DNA of 64,000 bases from the NCBI GenBank assembly GCA_016935815.1, contig JAFGQH010000079.1, forward strand, positions 2,328-66,327, in the 5' to 3' direction. This DNA is from Bacilli bacterium. Its GTDB lineage: Bacteria; Bacillota_I; Bacilli_A; Izemoplasmatales; Hujiaoplasmataceae. Every line of letters begins with the position of its first letter. Position 1 is the first letter of the stretch. The notes beneath the pieces were generated by a model. It was given only the letters and a program-made list of their open reading frames with translations. It made no database searches and was not told the origin of the DNA. Made by a program: the position numbers and the translations under genes. Below, piece after piece: positions 53,935 through 63,294 of the stretch.

Positions 53935-56301
53935 ATGAAAGTATCAATGAAATGGTTGAACGAATATGTCGACCTGAATCAAGATTATAAACAATTGGAA
54001 GAAGCATTCAATTTGAAAAGTCAGGAAGTTGCTGGACTTTACCGGTTGGTCGATATCGAGGGACTCGTCATCGGTCATGTTTTGACTTGTGTCAAACATC
54101 CGGAAGCAGATAAACTGAGTGTGACCACTGTCGACGTCGGTGACGAAGTTCTGCAAATCATCTGCGGCGCACCAAATGTCGCTGCCGGACAGAAAGTGAT
54201 CGTTTCCAAAGTCGGAGTCACGTTGCCGGGAGATTTCAAAATCAAAAAAGCAAAGATTCGCGGAATCGAATCCAATGGAATGATTTGTTCGCTGGAAGAA
54301 CTTGGAGTCAAAGAATTCGATTCTGAAGAAACCGGAATCTATGTTTTGGGTGATGATGCCGAAGTTGGCAAGGATCCACTTGCATATCTCGATCTGGATG
54401 ATACCGTATTGGATTTGGATTTGACCGCAAACCGTCCGGATTTATTATCTATGGAAGGGGTCGGTTATGACAGTGCCTGTATGTTAGATTTGGAACTGCA
54501 TACTCGAAAACATCATTATCCAAAACGAAAAGAAGAAAACAATTTTTCTGTCTTCACCGACACGAAAGACTGTAAAGCATATTACGCACAAATCATCGAC
54601 AATGTTACCATCAAACCGAGCCCGGCTTGGCTGAAGTCGAGATTGCTGGCAGCTGGTGTAAGACCGATCAACAACGTTGTCGATATTTCCAATTATGTGA
54701 TGTTGGAATATGGGCAACCACTTCATGCATTCGATTACAATCGTATCGAATCAGATCAAATCATTGTCAGACACGCAAAAGCGGGAGAAACAATCCAGAC
54801 ATTGGATAATCAGAAACGTGACTTGTTGGAATATGATCTGGTCATCACCGATGGATCAAAGCCAATTGCGCTTGCAGGAGTCATGGGAGGGTATGATACG
54901 GAAGTAGAGAACGATACAACAAAAATCTTATTGGAATCCGCTTATTTCGACCCGACTTGTATTCGCAAGACATCCAAACGCTTGGACCTGAAAAGTGAAG
55001 CCTCATCCCGTTTTGAAAAAGGTGTCGATCCGAATAAGATAGTCAAGGCTATGGATTACGCAACCGAATTGTTCATTGAACTTGCTGGCGGTGAAGTAGT
55101 TGGAGATTACAGTTTCTTCGATAACACTCAGAAGGAACCGACTCGAATTGAACTTGGCTTGGAAAAATTGATTGGCACAACTGGACACGCCTTTACAATC
55201 CAAGAAGTTGAATCCATCTTGAAGCGACTTCGTTTTGATTTCCAAAGGCATGGAGATAATTTCGAAATCGATGTGCCGACAAGACGACAGAATATGTATG
55301 GATATCAAGATATCGTAGAGGAAATTGTACGGATCTACGGTTATGACAAGATTCCGATTTCCATTCCGGTCGTACCAACTTCGGGATACCTGACGAAAAA
55401 GCAACGCCTGAGAAGAACGGTTCGCGAGTACTTCGTTAACAATGCATTCAACGAAACCATCACTTATTCTTTGGTTTCAGAAGCCGAAGCAATCGAGTTC
55501 GACAAACAAAGCGCTCCAGTGGTGACTATCATGAATCCTTTGAACAAAGAAAAAGGAACCTTGCGCCACTCGTTATTGCCTTCCTTGCTCAATATCCTAC
55601 AATACAACAAAGCTAGAAAGTTGGATGATATCTTCTTGTTTGAGCTGGGAAGAGCATATCATGAAAACCATGAGATCGAATTACTATCAGGTCTAATGAC
55701 CGGAATCTATTCGTCCACCTTATGGCAGGGTAAAAAGGAAGTTGCAGACTTCTACCTTTTGAAAGGGATATTGGAATCTCTTTTAGCGAAATTGCATTTG
55801 GAAAATCACGAAATCAAAAAAGCGGAAAACCCTTTGCCTTCGATGCATCCGGGGATGACTGCAAATCTATACATCAATGGCATATACATTGGATTCCTAG
55901 GGAAACTTCATCCACAGAAAGAAATGGATTTGGGGATAGACAAGACCTTTGTATTCGAATTTGATTTCGATCAATTAGCAGAACAATACAATCCGAATCT
56001 GGTGATGCAAGCTATTCCAAAATATCCGAGTGTATCAAGAGATTTGGCTTTGGTAGTCGATCGGGATCTTCCGGCTGACAAATTAATAGCGGAAGTGAAA
56101 GTGGCTGGGAAGAAGACGCTTAAGGATGTTTCCATTTTTGATTTGTATCAGGGCGAAAAATTGGATGCAAACAAGAAATCCATCGCATTGTCTTTGGTTC
56201 TCCAGAATCCAGATAAGACTTTGGAAAGCACCGAAGTGGACACCGTTATCGAACGAATTCTAAAACATCTAGATAAGACATTAGAAGCGAAAATAAGATA
56301 A
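53935..56301 (+). CDS. pheT: Phenylalanine--tRNA ligase beta subunit
   Basis: MKVSxxWL, HPEADKL, CGAPN, SNGMICS, NRPD, GQPLHAFD, RFEKG, YPSVSRDLA. Start set to ATG 53935. Confidence 0.97.
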   Translation: MKVSMKWLNEYVDLNQDYKQLEEAFNLKSQEVAGLYRLVDIEGLVIGHVLTCVKHPEADKLSVTTVDVGDEVLQIICGAPNVAAGQKVIVSKVGVTLPGDFKIKKAKIRGIESNGMICSLEELGVKEFDSEETGIYVLGDDAEVGKDPLAYLDLDDTVLDLDLTANRPDLLSMEGVGYDSACMLDLELHTRKHHYPKRKEENNFSVFTDTKDCKAYYAQIIDNVTIKPSPAWLKSRLLAAGVRPINNVVDISNYVMLEYGQPLHAFDYNRIESDQIIVRHAKAGETIQTLDNQKRDLLEYDLVITDGSKPIALAGVMGGYDTEVENDTTKILLESAYFDPTCIRKTSKRLDLKSEASSRFEKGVDPNKIVKAMDYATELFIELAGGEVVGDYSFFDNTQKEPTRIELGLEKLIGTTGHAFTIQEVESILKRLRFDFQRHGDNFEIDVPTRRQNMYGYQDIVEEIVRIYGYDKIPISIPVVPTSGYLTKKQRLRRTVREYFVNNAFNETITYSLVSEAEAIEFDKQSAPVVTIMNPLNKEKGTLRHSLLPSLLNILQYNKARKLDDIFLFELGRAYHENHEIELLSGLMTGIYSSTLWQGKKEVADFYLLKGILESLLAKLHLENHEIKKAENPLPSMHPGMTANLYINGIYIGFLGKLHPQKEMDLGIDKTFVFEFDFDQLAEQYNPNLVMQAIPKYPSVSRDLALVVDRDLPADKLIAEVKVAGKKTLKDVSIFDLYQGEKLDANKKSIALSLVLQNPDKTLESTEVDTVIERILKHLDKTLEAKIR

Positions 56302-56304
56302 TGA

Positions 56305-56353
56305 AAAGAGGTTGGTTGAGAGTTGATTTGATTCACTCATAACCAACCTTTTT
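56305..56353 (+). terminator. Intrinsic terminator after pheT
   Basis: AGGTTGGTT...AACCAACCT-TTTT long hairpin. Confidence 0.7.
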
Positions 56354-56426
56354 ATATACTTTTTACAACGATTGATATCGGAATATGATATAATCATATT
56401 GTTTATATGCATTTGGGAGGGTTGGA

Positions 56427-57341
56427 ATGAATCATATCATCGAAGTAAATGGTTTGAAGAAGAATTACGGACCTATAGAAGCTGTCAAAGGAATCGACTT
56501 CTATGTGGAAGAAGGTTCGTTGTTTGCTTTTCTAGGCCCGAATGGTGCAGGTAAAAGTACCACGATCAATATTTTGTCGACATTACTCACGAATGATGCA
56601 GGATCTGTTGTTGTAAATGGGAATGTCTTGGGGGATAACGACGACTCGATTCGAAAATCGATCGGAATCGTGTTCCAAGACAGCGTCTTGGATCCATTGC
56701 TTTCTGTCCATGAAAACTTAGAAACAAGAGGGAGTTTTTATGGTTTGGATTATAAAACTTTGCAAAAACGGATTGAAATCGCATTGGAAGTCACGGGAAT
56801 CACAGATTTGGCTAAGCGAAAATATGGAAGTTTATCCGGAGGCCAGAGACGAAGGACTGATATCGCAAGAGCGTTGATCCATCAACCAAGGATTTTGTTT
56901 TTGGATGAACCGACAACCGGATTGGATCCGCAAACCAGAAGAAACGTCTGGGAAACCATCAAACAATTGCAAGCATCTGAGAATATGACGGTATTTTTAA
57001 CGACTCATTACATGGAAGAAGCCGAAGAAGCCGGATATGTCGTCATCATCGATGAAGGAGTGATTGCCGCAAAAGGAACACCTACCGAGCTAAAAGATCA
57101 ATTCTCGCATGATTCCTTGCGAGTCAAAGCAATTGATGATGTTAAGATGGACAAATACATCAAATTGAAAAAACTCAGCTATGTCAAACGAAATGATTTG
57201 TACATCATACAATTGGATTCAACCTTGGATAGCATTTCCATTTTGAATGATGTTTCAGATAACTTGTCTTCTTTCCAAGTATTCAATGGAACTTTGGATG
57301 ATGCCTTCATCGAAGTGACCGGAAAGGAGATAAGAGAATGA
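56427..57341 (+). CDS. ABC exporter ATP-binding protein (DrrA-like)
   Basis: GPNGAGKST, LSGGQRRR, LDEPTTGLD, TTHYMEEA. Confidence 0.93.
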   Translation: MNHIIEVNGLKKNYGPIEAVKGIDFYVEEGSLFAFLGPNGAGKSTTINILSTLLTNDAGSVVVNGNVLGDNDDSIRKSIGIVFQDSVLDPLLSVHENLETRGSFYGLDYKTLQKRIEIALEVTGITDLAKRKYGSLSGGQRRRTDIARALIHQPRILFLDEPTTGLDPQTRRNVWETIKQLQASENMTVFLTTHYMEEAEEAGYVVIIDEGVIAAKGTPTELKDQFSHDSLRVKAIDDVKMDKYIKLKKLSYVKRNDLYIIQLDSTLDSISILNDVSDNLSSFQVFNGTLDDAFIEVTGKEIRE

Positions 57342-58195
57342 TATTATCTCTTGTAAAACGAAATCTGAAACTGTATTTCCGTGATAAAGCGTCTGTTTTC
57401 TTCTCAATGCTTGGTGTGATAATCATCATTGGCCTTTATGCTGCATTTCTAGGAGATATGATGGTCAGTTACGCTGAAAGAGAGTTTTCCGGTTCCGGGA
57501 TTAATGTCAGGTTTTTGATGGACAGTTGGATCATGGCGGGAGTAGTGATCGTAGCGACGATCACAACGACGCTTGGGTCGTATGGTATTGCCGTGACCGA
57601 TAACGCTTCGAAAATCATTTTTGATTTTAAAGTATCTCCCATCAAACGCTCGACTATTGTACTCAGTTATCTAATCAGTGCATTCTTTGTCGGCTTGATC
57701 ATGAGTCTGGTCTCGCTGACCGTAGGAGAATTATATATTAAGTTATCCGGTGGAGAGTTGTTGAGTTTCCTAGGGTTTTTGAAAACGCTGGGAATCATCG
57801 TATTATCGGTTATGATGAATGCTTCCATTTCTTTCTTCATCATCACGTTCATCAAGAGCAACAATGCATTCGGCGCTGTCAACACGGTCTTTGGATCTGT
57901 AATCGGATTCTTGATGGGTGTTTATATCCCGATCGGGAATCTACCGCTAGGTTTGCAAACCATCATCAAATTTGTGCCATTCTCTCATCCGGCAGTGTTA
58001 CTGCGACAAGTGATGATGTCTGAAGCTGTAAACTTGGAGTATATGCCAAGAGAATTCATTTTGTTCAGTGGAATCCATTATGAGTGGAATGGGGAGTTTA
58101 TGTCCAATTTCATTCATATCGGATATATTTTAATTATAACCGTGGTCTTCTTCCTATTGGGAGTATTGACCATGTCAAGAAAGAGGAAACAATAG
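57338..58195 (+). CDS. ABC-2 type permease
   Basis: KRNLKLYFRD start, six TMs, GFLMGVYIP; overlaps the ATPase stop. Confidence 0.88.
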   Translation: MILSLVKRNLKLYFRDKASVFFSMLGVIIIIGLYAAFLGDMMVSYAEREFSGSGINVRFLMDSWIMAGVVIVATITTTLGSYGIAVTDNASKIIFDFKVSPIKRSTIVLSYLISAFFVGLIMSLVSLTVGELYIKLSGGELLSFLGFLKTLGIIVLSVMMNASISFFIITFIKSNNAFGAVNTVFGSVIGFLMGVYIPIGNLPLGLQTIIKFVPFSHPAVLLRQVMMSEAVNLEYMPREFILFSGIHYEWNGEFMSNFIHIGYILIITVVFFLLGVLTMSRKRKQ

Positions 58196-58198
58196 TAC

Positions 58199-59227
58199 AT
58201 GCGAAATTTTTATGATGTCACAATAACTGAATTACAGGATATTCTGGTCAGGTCCGGACAAAAAGCCTACAATGCAGACCAAATCTTCAAATGGGTCTAT
58301 GAATTGAAGGTGTTTGATTTTGGCCAGATGACGAATATCTCGAAAGCTCTTCGCGAGCAATTGGCTGAAATGTTTATCATCAAGGAACTTGAGATACATA
58401 CGGTTCAGGAGTCGAGTGATGGAACCGTCAAATATTTATTTAAACTCGATGACGAAAGCTTGATTGAAACCGTACTTATGAGAAATGATTACGGTACAAG
58501 TGTGTGTGTAACCTCACAGGTTGGTTGTAACATGGGATGCAGTTTTTGTGCTTCTGGATTGATCAAGAAAGCAAGGGACCTATCCGTATATGAATTGGTC
58601 AGCCAAATCACATCGGTGGAGCAGCATCTAAGCATTCGAATTACCAATGTGGTTGTGATGGGCACAGGTGAACCATTTGATAATTACGACAATGTGATGG
58701 ATTTCATCCGCATCATCAATTACAAACAAGGACTGCAAATCGGGTCCAGACATATCACTGTGTCTACTTGCGGTATCGTTCCGAAAATCTATCAATACGC
58801 CAAAGAAACAATCAAAACGAATCTAGCGATATCATTGCATGCAGCAAACAACGAACTACGCAATCAGTTGATGCCCATCAACAAAGCTTATCCGATCGAA
58901 GCCGTACTGGACGCATGCAAGACCTACTTTGATATGACCGGAAGACGAATCACATTCGAATATATTCTCTTAAAAGGTGTGAATGACAATCTTGACCAAG
59001 CCGATGAACTCAGTGATTTGATTCGCGGAATCAATTGTTACGTCAATCTGATTCCTTACAATCCGGTACTCGAATTCAAATACCAGAAAACCGACATTTC
59101 ACGGGCAAATGAGTTCCATCAGAGATTGCTGAAACGAGGGATAAACGCGATTTTAAGAAGAGAACAAGGGTCTGATATCGACGCTGCCTGCGGGCAATTG
59201 AGATACAAGAAAGAAAACGCTATCTGA
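58199..59227 (+). CDS. rlmN: 23S rRNA (adenine2503-C2)-methyltransferase RlmN
   Basis: CVTSQVGCxxxCxFCASG radical SAM motif, MGTGEP, AISLHA, FEYILL, DIDAACGQL. Confidence 0.96.
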   Translation: MRNFYDVTITELQDILVRSGQKAYNADQIFKWVYELKVFDFGQMTNISKALREQLAEMFIIKELEIHTVQESSDGTVKYLFKLDDESLIETVLMRNDYGTSVCVTSQVGCNMGCSFCASGLIKKARDLSVYELVSQITSVEQHLSIRITNVVVMGTGEPFDNYDNVMDFIRIINYKQGLQIGSRHITVSTCGIVPKIYQYAKETIKTNLAISLHAANNELRNQLMPINKAYPIEAVLDACKTYFDMTGRRITFEYILLKGVNDNLDQADELSDLIRGINCYVNLIPYNPVLEFKYQKTDISRANEFHQRLLKRGINAILRREQGSDIDAACGQLRYKKENAI

Positions 59228-59308
59228 CCGAAAACAGTTTGCTTTTTACCTTGGTAAATGGTACAATATGAATGATAATTTTAGACATGAGAAAAAGGTG
59301 AAATCGAA

Positions 59309-60445
59309 ATGAAAGAAATAAAAAAAATCGCCTTGTTGACAGGCGGCGGAGACTGTTCTGGTTTGAACGCAGTCATCCGTGCAATCGTCAAATCTGCAAT
59401 CTTGAAATACAATTATGAAGTGATTGGATTCAAGGGCGGATATCATGGATTATATACGGATGATTATATCAAAATGGACCTTCAAACGATATCCGGTATA
59501 TTCCATCAAGGTGGGACTATCCTCAAGATGTCCAACAAAGACAATTTGTTCAAATACAAAATGACAGATGAAAATGGAAAAGTAGTATACAAAGATGTAT
59601 CCGACATTGCCATTGCCAATTTAAAAAAACACAATATTGATGCACTGATTATCATCGGTGGAGATGGGACGCTGACTTCCGCAAGAGACTTCGCTCGCAA
59701 AGGTATCAACGTTGTGGGTATTCCGAAAACCATTGACAATGATGTTCCGGCAACCGAAATCACATTCGGTTACCGTACCGCACTGGATCATATCATGTTG
59801 AGTTTGGATGCGCTCCATACCACTGCTTATTCGCATGATCGCGTCATGATTTTGGAAGTCATGGGAAGAAATGCAGGTTGGTTGGCTCTGGAAGGCGGAA
59901 TCGCAGGTTCTGCCGATGTTATCTTGATTCCTGAGATCCCTTATGACATTAATACCGTTGCACAAACAATATTCGATCGTTACAACAGAGGATCCAAGTT
60001 CACAATCATCTGTGTTTCCGAAGGTGCGAAACCTCTCGGAGGAGATGTAACAATCAAAGCGATCGACAAAGATAGTCCTGACTCCGTCAAACTTGGAGGA
60101 ATTGGAGATCTGCTTGCAAGACAACTGGACAAGATCATCAAACCTGTTACAGGTCAAGATATTCGTGTCACCACTTTGGGGTATATCCAACGTGGTGGTG
60201 TCACTAATACATATGACCGTGTTTTGGGTACCAAATACGGATCCTATGCCGTTGAGATGATTGCCAACAACGAATTCGGTCGCATGGTCGTCATTCGCAA
60301 TGCAAGAATGGATTCTGTCCGTATTGAAGAAGTTGTGGGTTCCGGTCAAACTGGACAAACAAGTACCGGTGGAGCGAGAATTGTTAATCCTCACGGAGAC
60401 TTGGTCAACGCAGCCAAAGATATCGGAATCACTTTTGGAGAATAA
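59309..60445 (+). CDS. pfkA: 6-phosphofructokinase (PfkA family)
   Basis: TGGGDC.GLN, GGDGT, PKTIDND, EVMGR, LGYIQRGG. Confidence 0.93.
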   Translation: MKEIKKIALLTGGGDCSGLNAVIRAIVKSAILKYNYEVIGFKGGYHGLYTDDYIKMDLQTISGIFHQGGTILKMSNKDNLFKYKMTDENGKVVYKDVSDIAIANLKKHNIDALIIIGGDGTLTSARDFARKGINVVGIPKTIDNDVPATEITFGYRTALDHIMLSLDALHTTAYSHDRVMILEVMGRNAGWLALEGGIAGSADVILIPEIPYDINTVAQTIFDRYNRGSKFTIICVSEGAKPLGGDVTIKAIDKDSPDSVKLGGIGDLLARQLDKIIKPVTGQDIRVTTLGYIQRGGVTNTYDRVLGTKYGSYAVEMIANNEFGRMVVIRNARMDSVRIEEVVGSGQTGQTSTGGARIVNPHGDLVNAAKDIGITFGE

Positions 60446-60478
60446 AAAATCAATATAAGATTGAATAAGGAGGATACT

Positions 60479-61021
60479 ATGGAATTAAAGGGAAGTAAAA
60501 CTGAAAAGAACCTACAAGAAGCATTTGCTGGAGAGTCGATGGCTAGAAACAAGTATACTTACTACGCGTCTCAAGCAAAGAAAGAAGGATATTTGGAAAT
60601 TTCCGATTTCTTCTTGGAAACTGCTGGAAATGAAAAAGAACATGCAGAAATTTGGTTTAAACTGCTTCATGACGGAGGTGTACCTGTAACAACAGAGAAC
60701 CTCAAAGATGGCGCTGCCGGCGAACATTACGAATGGACAGAAATGTACAAAGGGTTCGCGGAAACAGCAAAAGAAGAGGGGTTCACAAAAATTGCCTTCT
60801 TGTTTGAAAAAGTAGCCGCAATCGAAAAAAGACATGAAGAGCGTTATCTGAAATTGTTGGCTCGTTTGGAAGGAGACCTTGTATTCAGCTCCGAAAACGA
60901 CGAACAGATTTGGATTTGCACAAACTGCGGTCATATCCATGTAGGAAAGAAAGCTCCGAAACTTTGTCCGGTATGTGATCATCCACAATCATATTTCCGC
61001 AGACATGTGGAGACAATTTAG
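60479..61021 (+). CDS. rbr: Rubrerythrin
   Basis: [27 protein letters not shown] diiron ligands; rubredoxin CTNCG..CPVC. Confidence 0.95.
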   Translation: MELKGSKTEKNLQEAFAGESMARNKYTYYASQAKKEGYLEISDFFLETAGNEKEHAEIWFKLLHDGGVPVTTENLKDGAAGEHYEWTEMYKGFAETAKEEGFTKIAFLFEKVAAIEKRHEERYLKLLARLEGDLVFSSENDEQIWICTNCGHIHVGKKAPKLCPVCDHPQSYFRRHVETI

Positions 61022-61028
61022 CATTATT

Positions 61029-61052
61029 GAAGGCGAAAGCCTTCTTTTTTTT
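61029..61052 (+). terminator. Intrinsic terminator after rbr
   Basis: GAAGGC-gaaa-GCCTTC-TTTTTTTT. Confidence 0.85.
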
Positions 61053-61101
61053 GTTTTTTTGATATAATATAGATACATAGTTTTATTATTGGAGGTATTT
61101 T

Positions 61102-61983
61102 TTGAAACAAGGTAGAATTATCAAACTGGTGGGTGGTCATTACACGGTCCAGGATGAAGCAAAGCAGACCTATGATCTCAAGCCATTAGGTGTGTTTCGT
61201 CATCGAAATATTTCTCCCAAAGTTGGAGATATCGTTGATTTTGATGAAAACAATATTGTCGAAGTCCATGAACGTGTGAATGAATTGTATCGACCAATGA
61301 TTGCGAATGTCGATCAGGTGTTGATTGTCACTTCCGCAAAACGTCCAAATTTCAGTTTTCTATTACTAGACAAGTTTTTGGCAATGATCGAGGCTTTCAA
61401 CATTGCACCTGTTATTATCGTATCCAAAATCGATTTGATGGACACAAAAGAACGAATGGATTTGGAACAGAAACTGGATTATTACAAGCAATACTTCCAA
61501 GTCATTTTTTACAGTTCAAAAACATTAGAAGGAATTCCAGAAATTCTAGTGGCAACGACTGACAAGGTCAATGTTCTAGCAGGCCAGACCGGTGCAGGGA
61601 AGTCATCTTTACTAAATGCGATTCAACCAGATTTGGATTTGGAGACGGATGAGATTTCCAATGCCCTAGGCCGAGGAAAACATACGACAAGACATGTTGA
61701 AATTTTTGAATTTGGTCATGGATACATCGCGGATACTCCTGGTTTCTCAAAATTGGAATTCATCGATTTCCAAGCCGATCAGTTGCGATTTTACTATCCT
61801 GATTTCTTCGCGAAAAGCAGTTCATGCAAGTTCTATGAATGTACCCACACCCATGAACCGGGTTGTGAAATCAAGCGGCTTGTTTCCACTGGAGAAATAC
61901 CGGAATTTCGTTATGATAATTATGTTTCCATGTATCATGAGATTTTGCAGATAAAACCAAAGTACAGGAGGGATGACAAATGA
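61102..61983 (+). CDS. rsgA: Ribosome small subunit-dependent GTPase A
   Basis: Circularly permuted GTPase SKID, GQTGAGKSS, GRGKHTT, DTPGF; Zn motif CKFxxCxHxxEPGC. Confidence 0.95.
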   Translation: MKQGRIIKLVGGHYTVQDEAKQTYDLKPLGVFRHRNISPKVGDIVDFDENNIVEVHERVNELYRPMIANVDQVLIVTSAKRPNFSFLLLDKFLAMIEAFNIAPVIIVSKIDLMDTKERMDLEQKLDYYKQYFQVIFYSSKTLEGIPEILVATTDKVNVLAGQTGAGKSSLLNAIQPDLDLETDEISNALGRGKHTTRHVEIFEFGHGYIADTPGFSKLEFIDFQADQLRFYYPDFFAKSSSCKFYECTHTHEPGCEIKRLVSTGEIPEFRYDNYVSMYHEILQIKPKYRRDDK

Positions 61984-62618
61984 TATGTTCTCCATCGTTC
62001 TTAAGTTGTGATTTTGATCGATTGGAATCAGAAATCCGCTCGGTTTCCAATGCTAAATGGTTGCACTTTGACGTCATGGACGGAAAATTTGTTACCAATA
62101 CCACATATGACCATACCATGCTGAAACAAATCCAGGCTTATTCCAATCAGTTTTTTGATTGCCATTTGATGATTGAAAAACCTTCGGAATTCATCCAAGA
62201 TTATATCGAATCAGGGGCACATTCAATTACCTTTCACATAGAGGCGCAACCCAATCCGAAACAGTTGATCCAAACCTTGAAAGATCAGAATATCAAAGTT
62301 GGAATGTCGGTGAAACCAAATACCGATATTGCAACACTGGATCCTTATCTACCTGACCTCGATCTCATTTTGGTGATGAGTGTAGAACCCGGAAAAGGGG
62401 GGCAGAGATTCTTGCCAAGTGCCTTGGACAAGATTTCATATCTGAACCAAAAAAGAATGGAAAACGGATATCGTTATTTGATCGAAGTGGACGGAGGAAT
62501 CAACTTGGACACTGCGAAATTGGTCGAAGACCATGGATGCGATGTCATCGTTGTTGGTTCTTTCCTGTTCAATCAGGATGATCGAAACGCTATGATTGAG
62601 GTGTTGGAAGATGTATGA
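61980..62618 (+). CDS. rpe: Ribulose-phosphate 3-epimerase
   Basis: HFDVMDG, DCHLM, MSVEPGKGGQ, EVDGGI. Confidence 0.96.
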   Translation: MICSPSFLSCDFDRLESEIRSVSNAKWLHFDVMDGKFVTNTTYDHTMLKQIQAYSNQFFDCHLMIEKPSEFIQDYIESGAHSITFHIEAQPNPKQLIQTLKDQNIKVGMSVKPNTDIATLDPYLPDLDLILVMSVEPGKGGQRFLPSALDKISYLNQKRMENGYRYLIEVDGGINLDTAKLVEDHGCDVIVVGSFLFNQDDRNAMIEVLEDV

Positions 62619-63225
62619 CAAAATTAAGATTTTCGTCGGACCGAATGATTATGACTTCGTGCATCTTTATTTTGAAGAGGCGAATGAATTTCTGATTGGA
62701 GTGGATTCAGGGTTAGAGTATTTATCTGATTATGGACGCAAAATAGACCTTGCAGTCGGGGATTTTGACTCGATTGATAAATCAAAATATGAATCAATCA
62801 AAGAAAAATGCAGTCAGATCATCACCTTGAATAAAGATAAGAAGATGACGGATCTGGCTTATACTTTGGATTATATCTATAATAATCTAGACTATAACAG
62901 TATTGAGGTATATGGAGGAATCAGCGGGCGTGTTGACCATTTTTTAGCCAATGTGAATCTGATCAAAAAGTATGACTTTTCGATGAGAGATAACAAGCAT
63001 CATATATACATGCTGCGAAAAGGAAAGCATACGGTAAATAATTACAAAAAATATATATCATTCTTTGCTATCGAAGATTGTTATAATTTGAGTTTACGTG
63101 GATTCAAATTTGAATTGAACAACTATTATCTTTCGATGAATGATTCTCTCTGCGTTTCCAATGAAGGCGAAGGAGAAATCGAGTTCACAAAAGGAAAAGT
63201 TCTTTTGATATCCACTGATGACTGA
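62611..63225 (+). CDS. thiN: Thiamine diphosphokinase
   Basis: GVDSG, VGDFDS, KKMTD, GGISGRVDH, GFKFEL, VSNE; rsgA-rpe-thiN synteny. Confidence 0.9.
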   Translation: MYDKIKIFVGPNDYDFVHLYFEEANEFLIGVDSGLEYLSDYGRKIDLAVGDFDSIDKSKYESIKEKCSQIITLNKDKKMTDLAYTLDYIYNNLDYNSIEVYGGISGRVDHFLANVNLIKKYDFSMRDNKHHIYMLRKGKHTVNNYKKYISFFAIEDCYNLSLRGFKFELNNYYLSMNDSLCVSNEGEGEIEFTKGKVLLISTDD

Positions 63226-63294
63226 GAGTACACGATATTATCACAAGAACTAAGTATACTGTAACAAGGATAGAATTACGAAGAGGTGAGTTAG

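Noticed and set aside
59621-60394. 257-aa minus-strand ORF
   Set aside because: Entirely antisense to pfkA with no recognisable motif; typical shadow ORF, as are the other short overlapping ORFs in the track.
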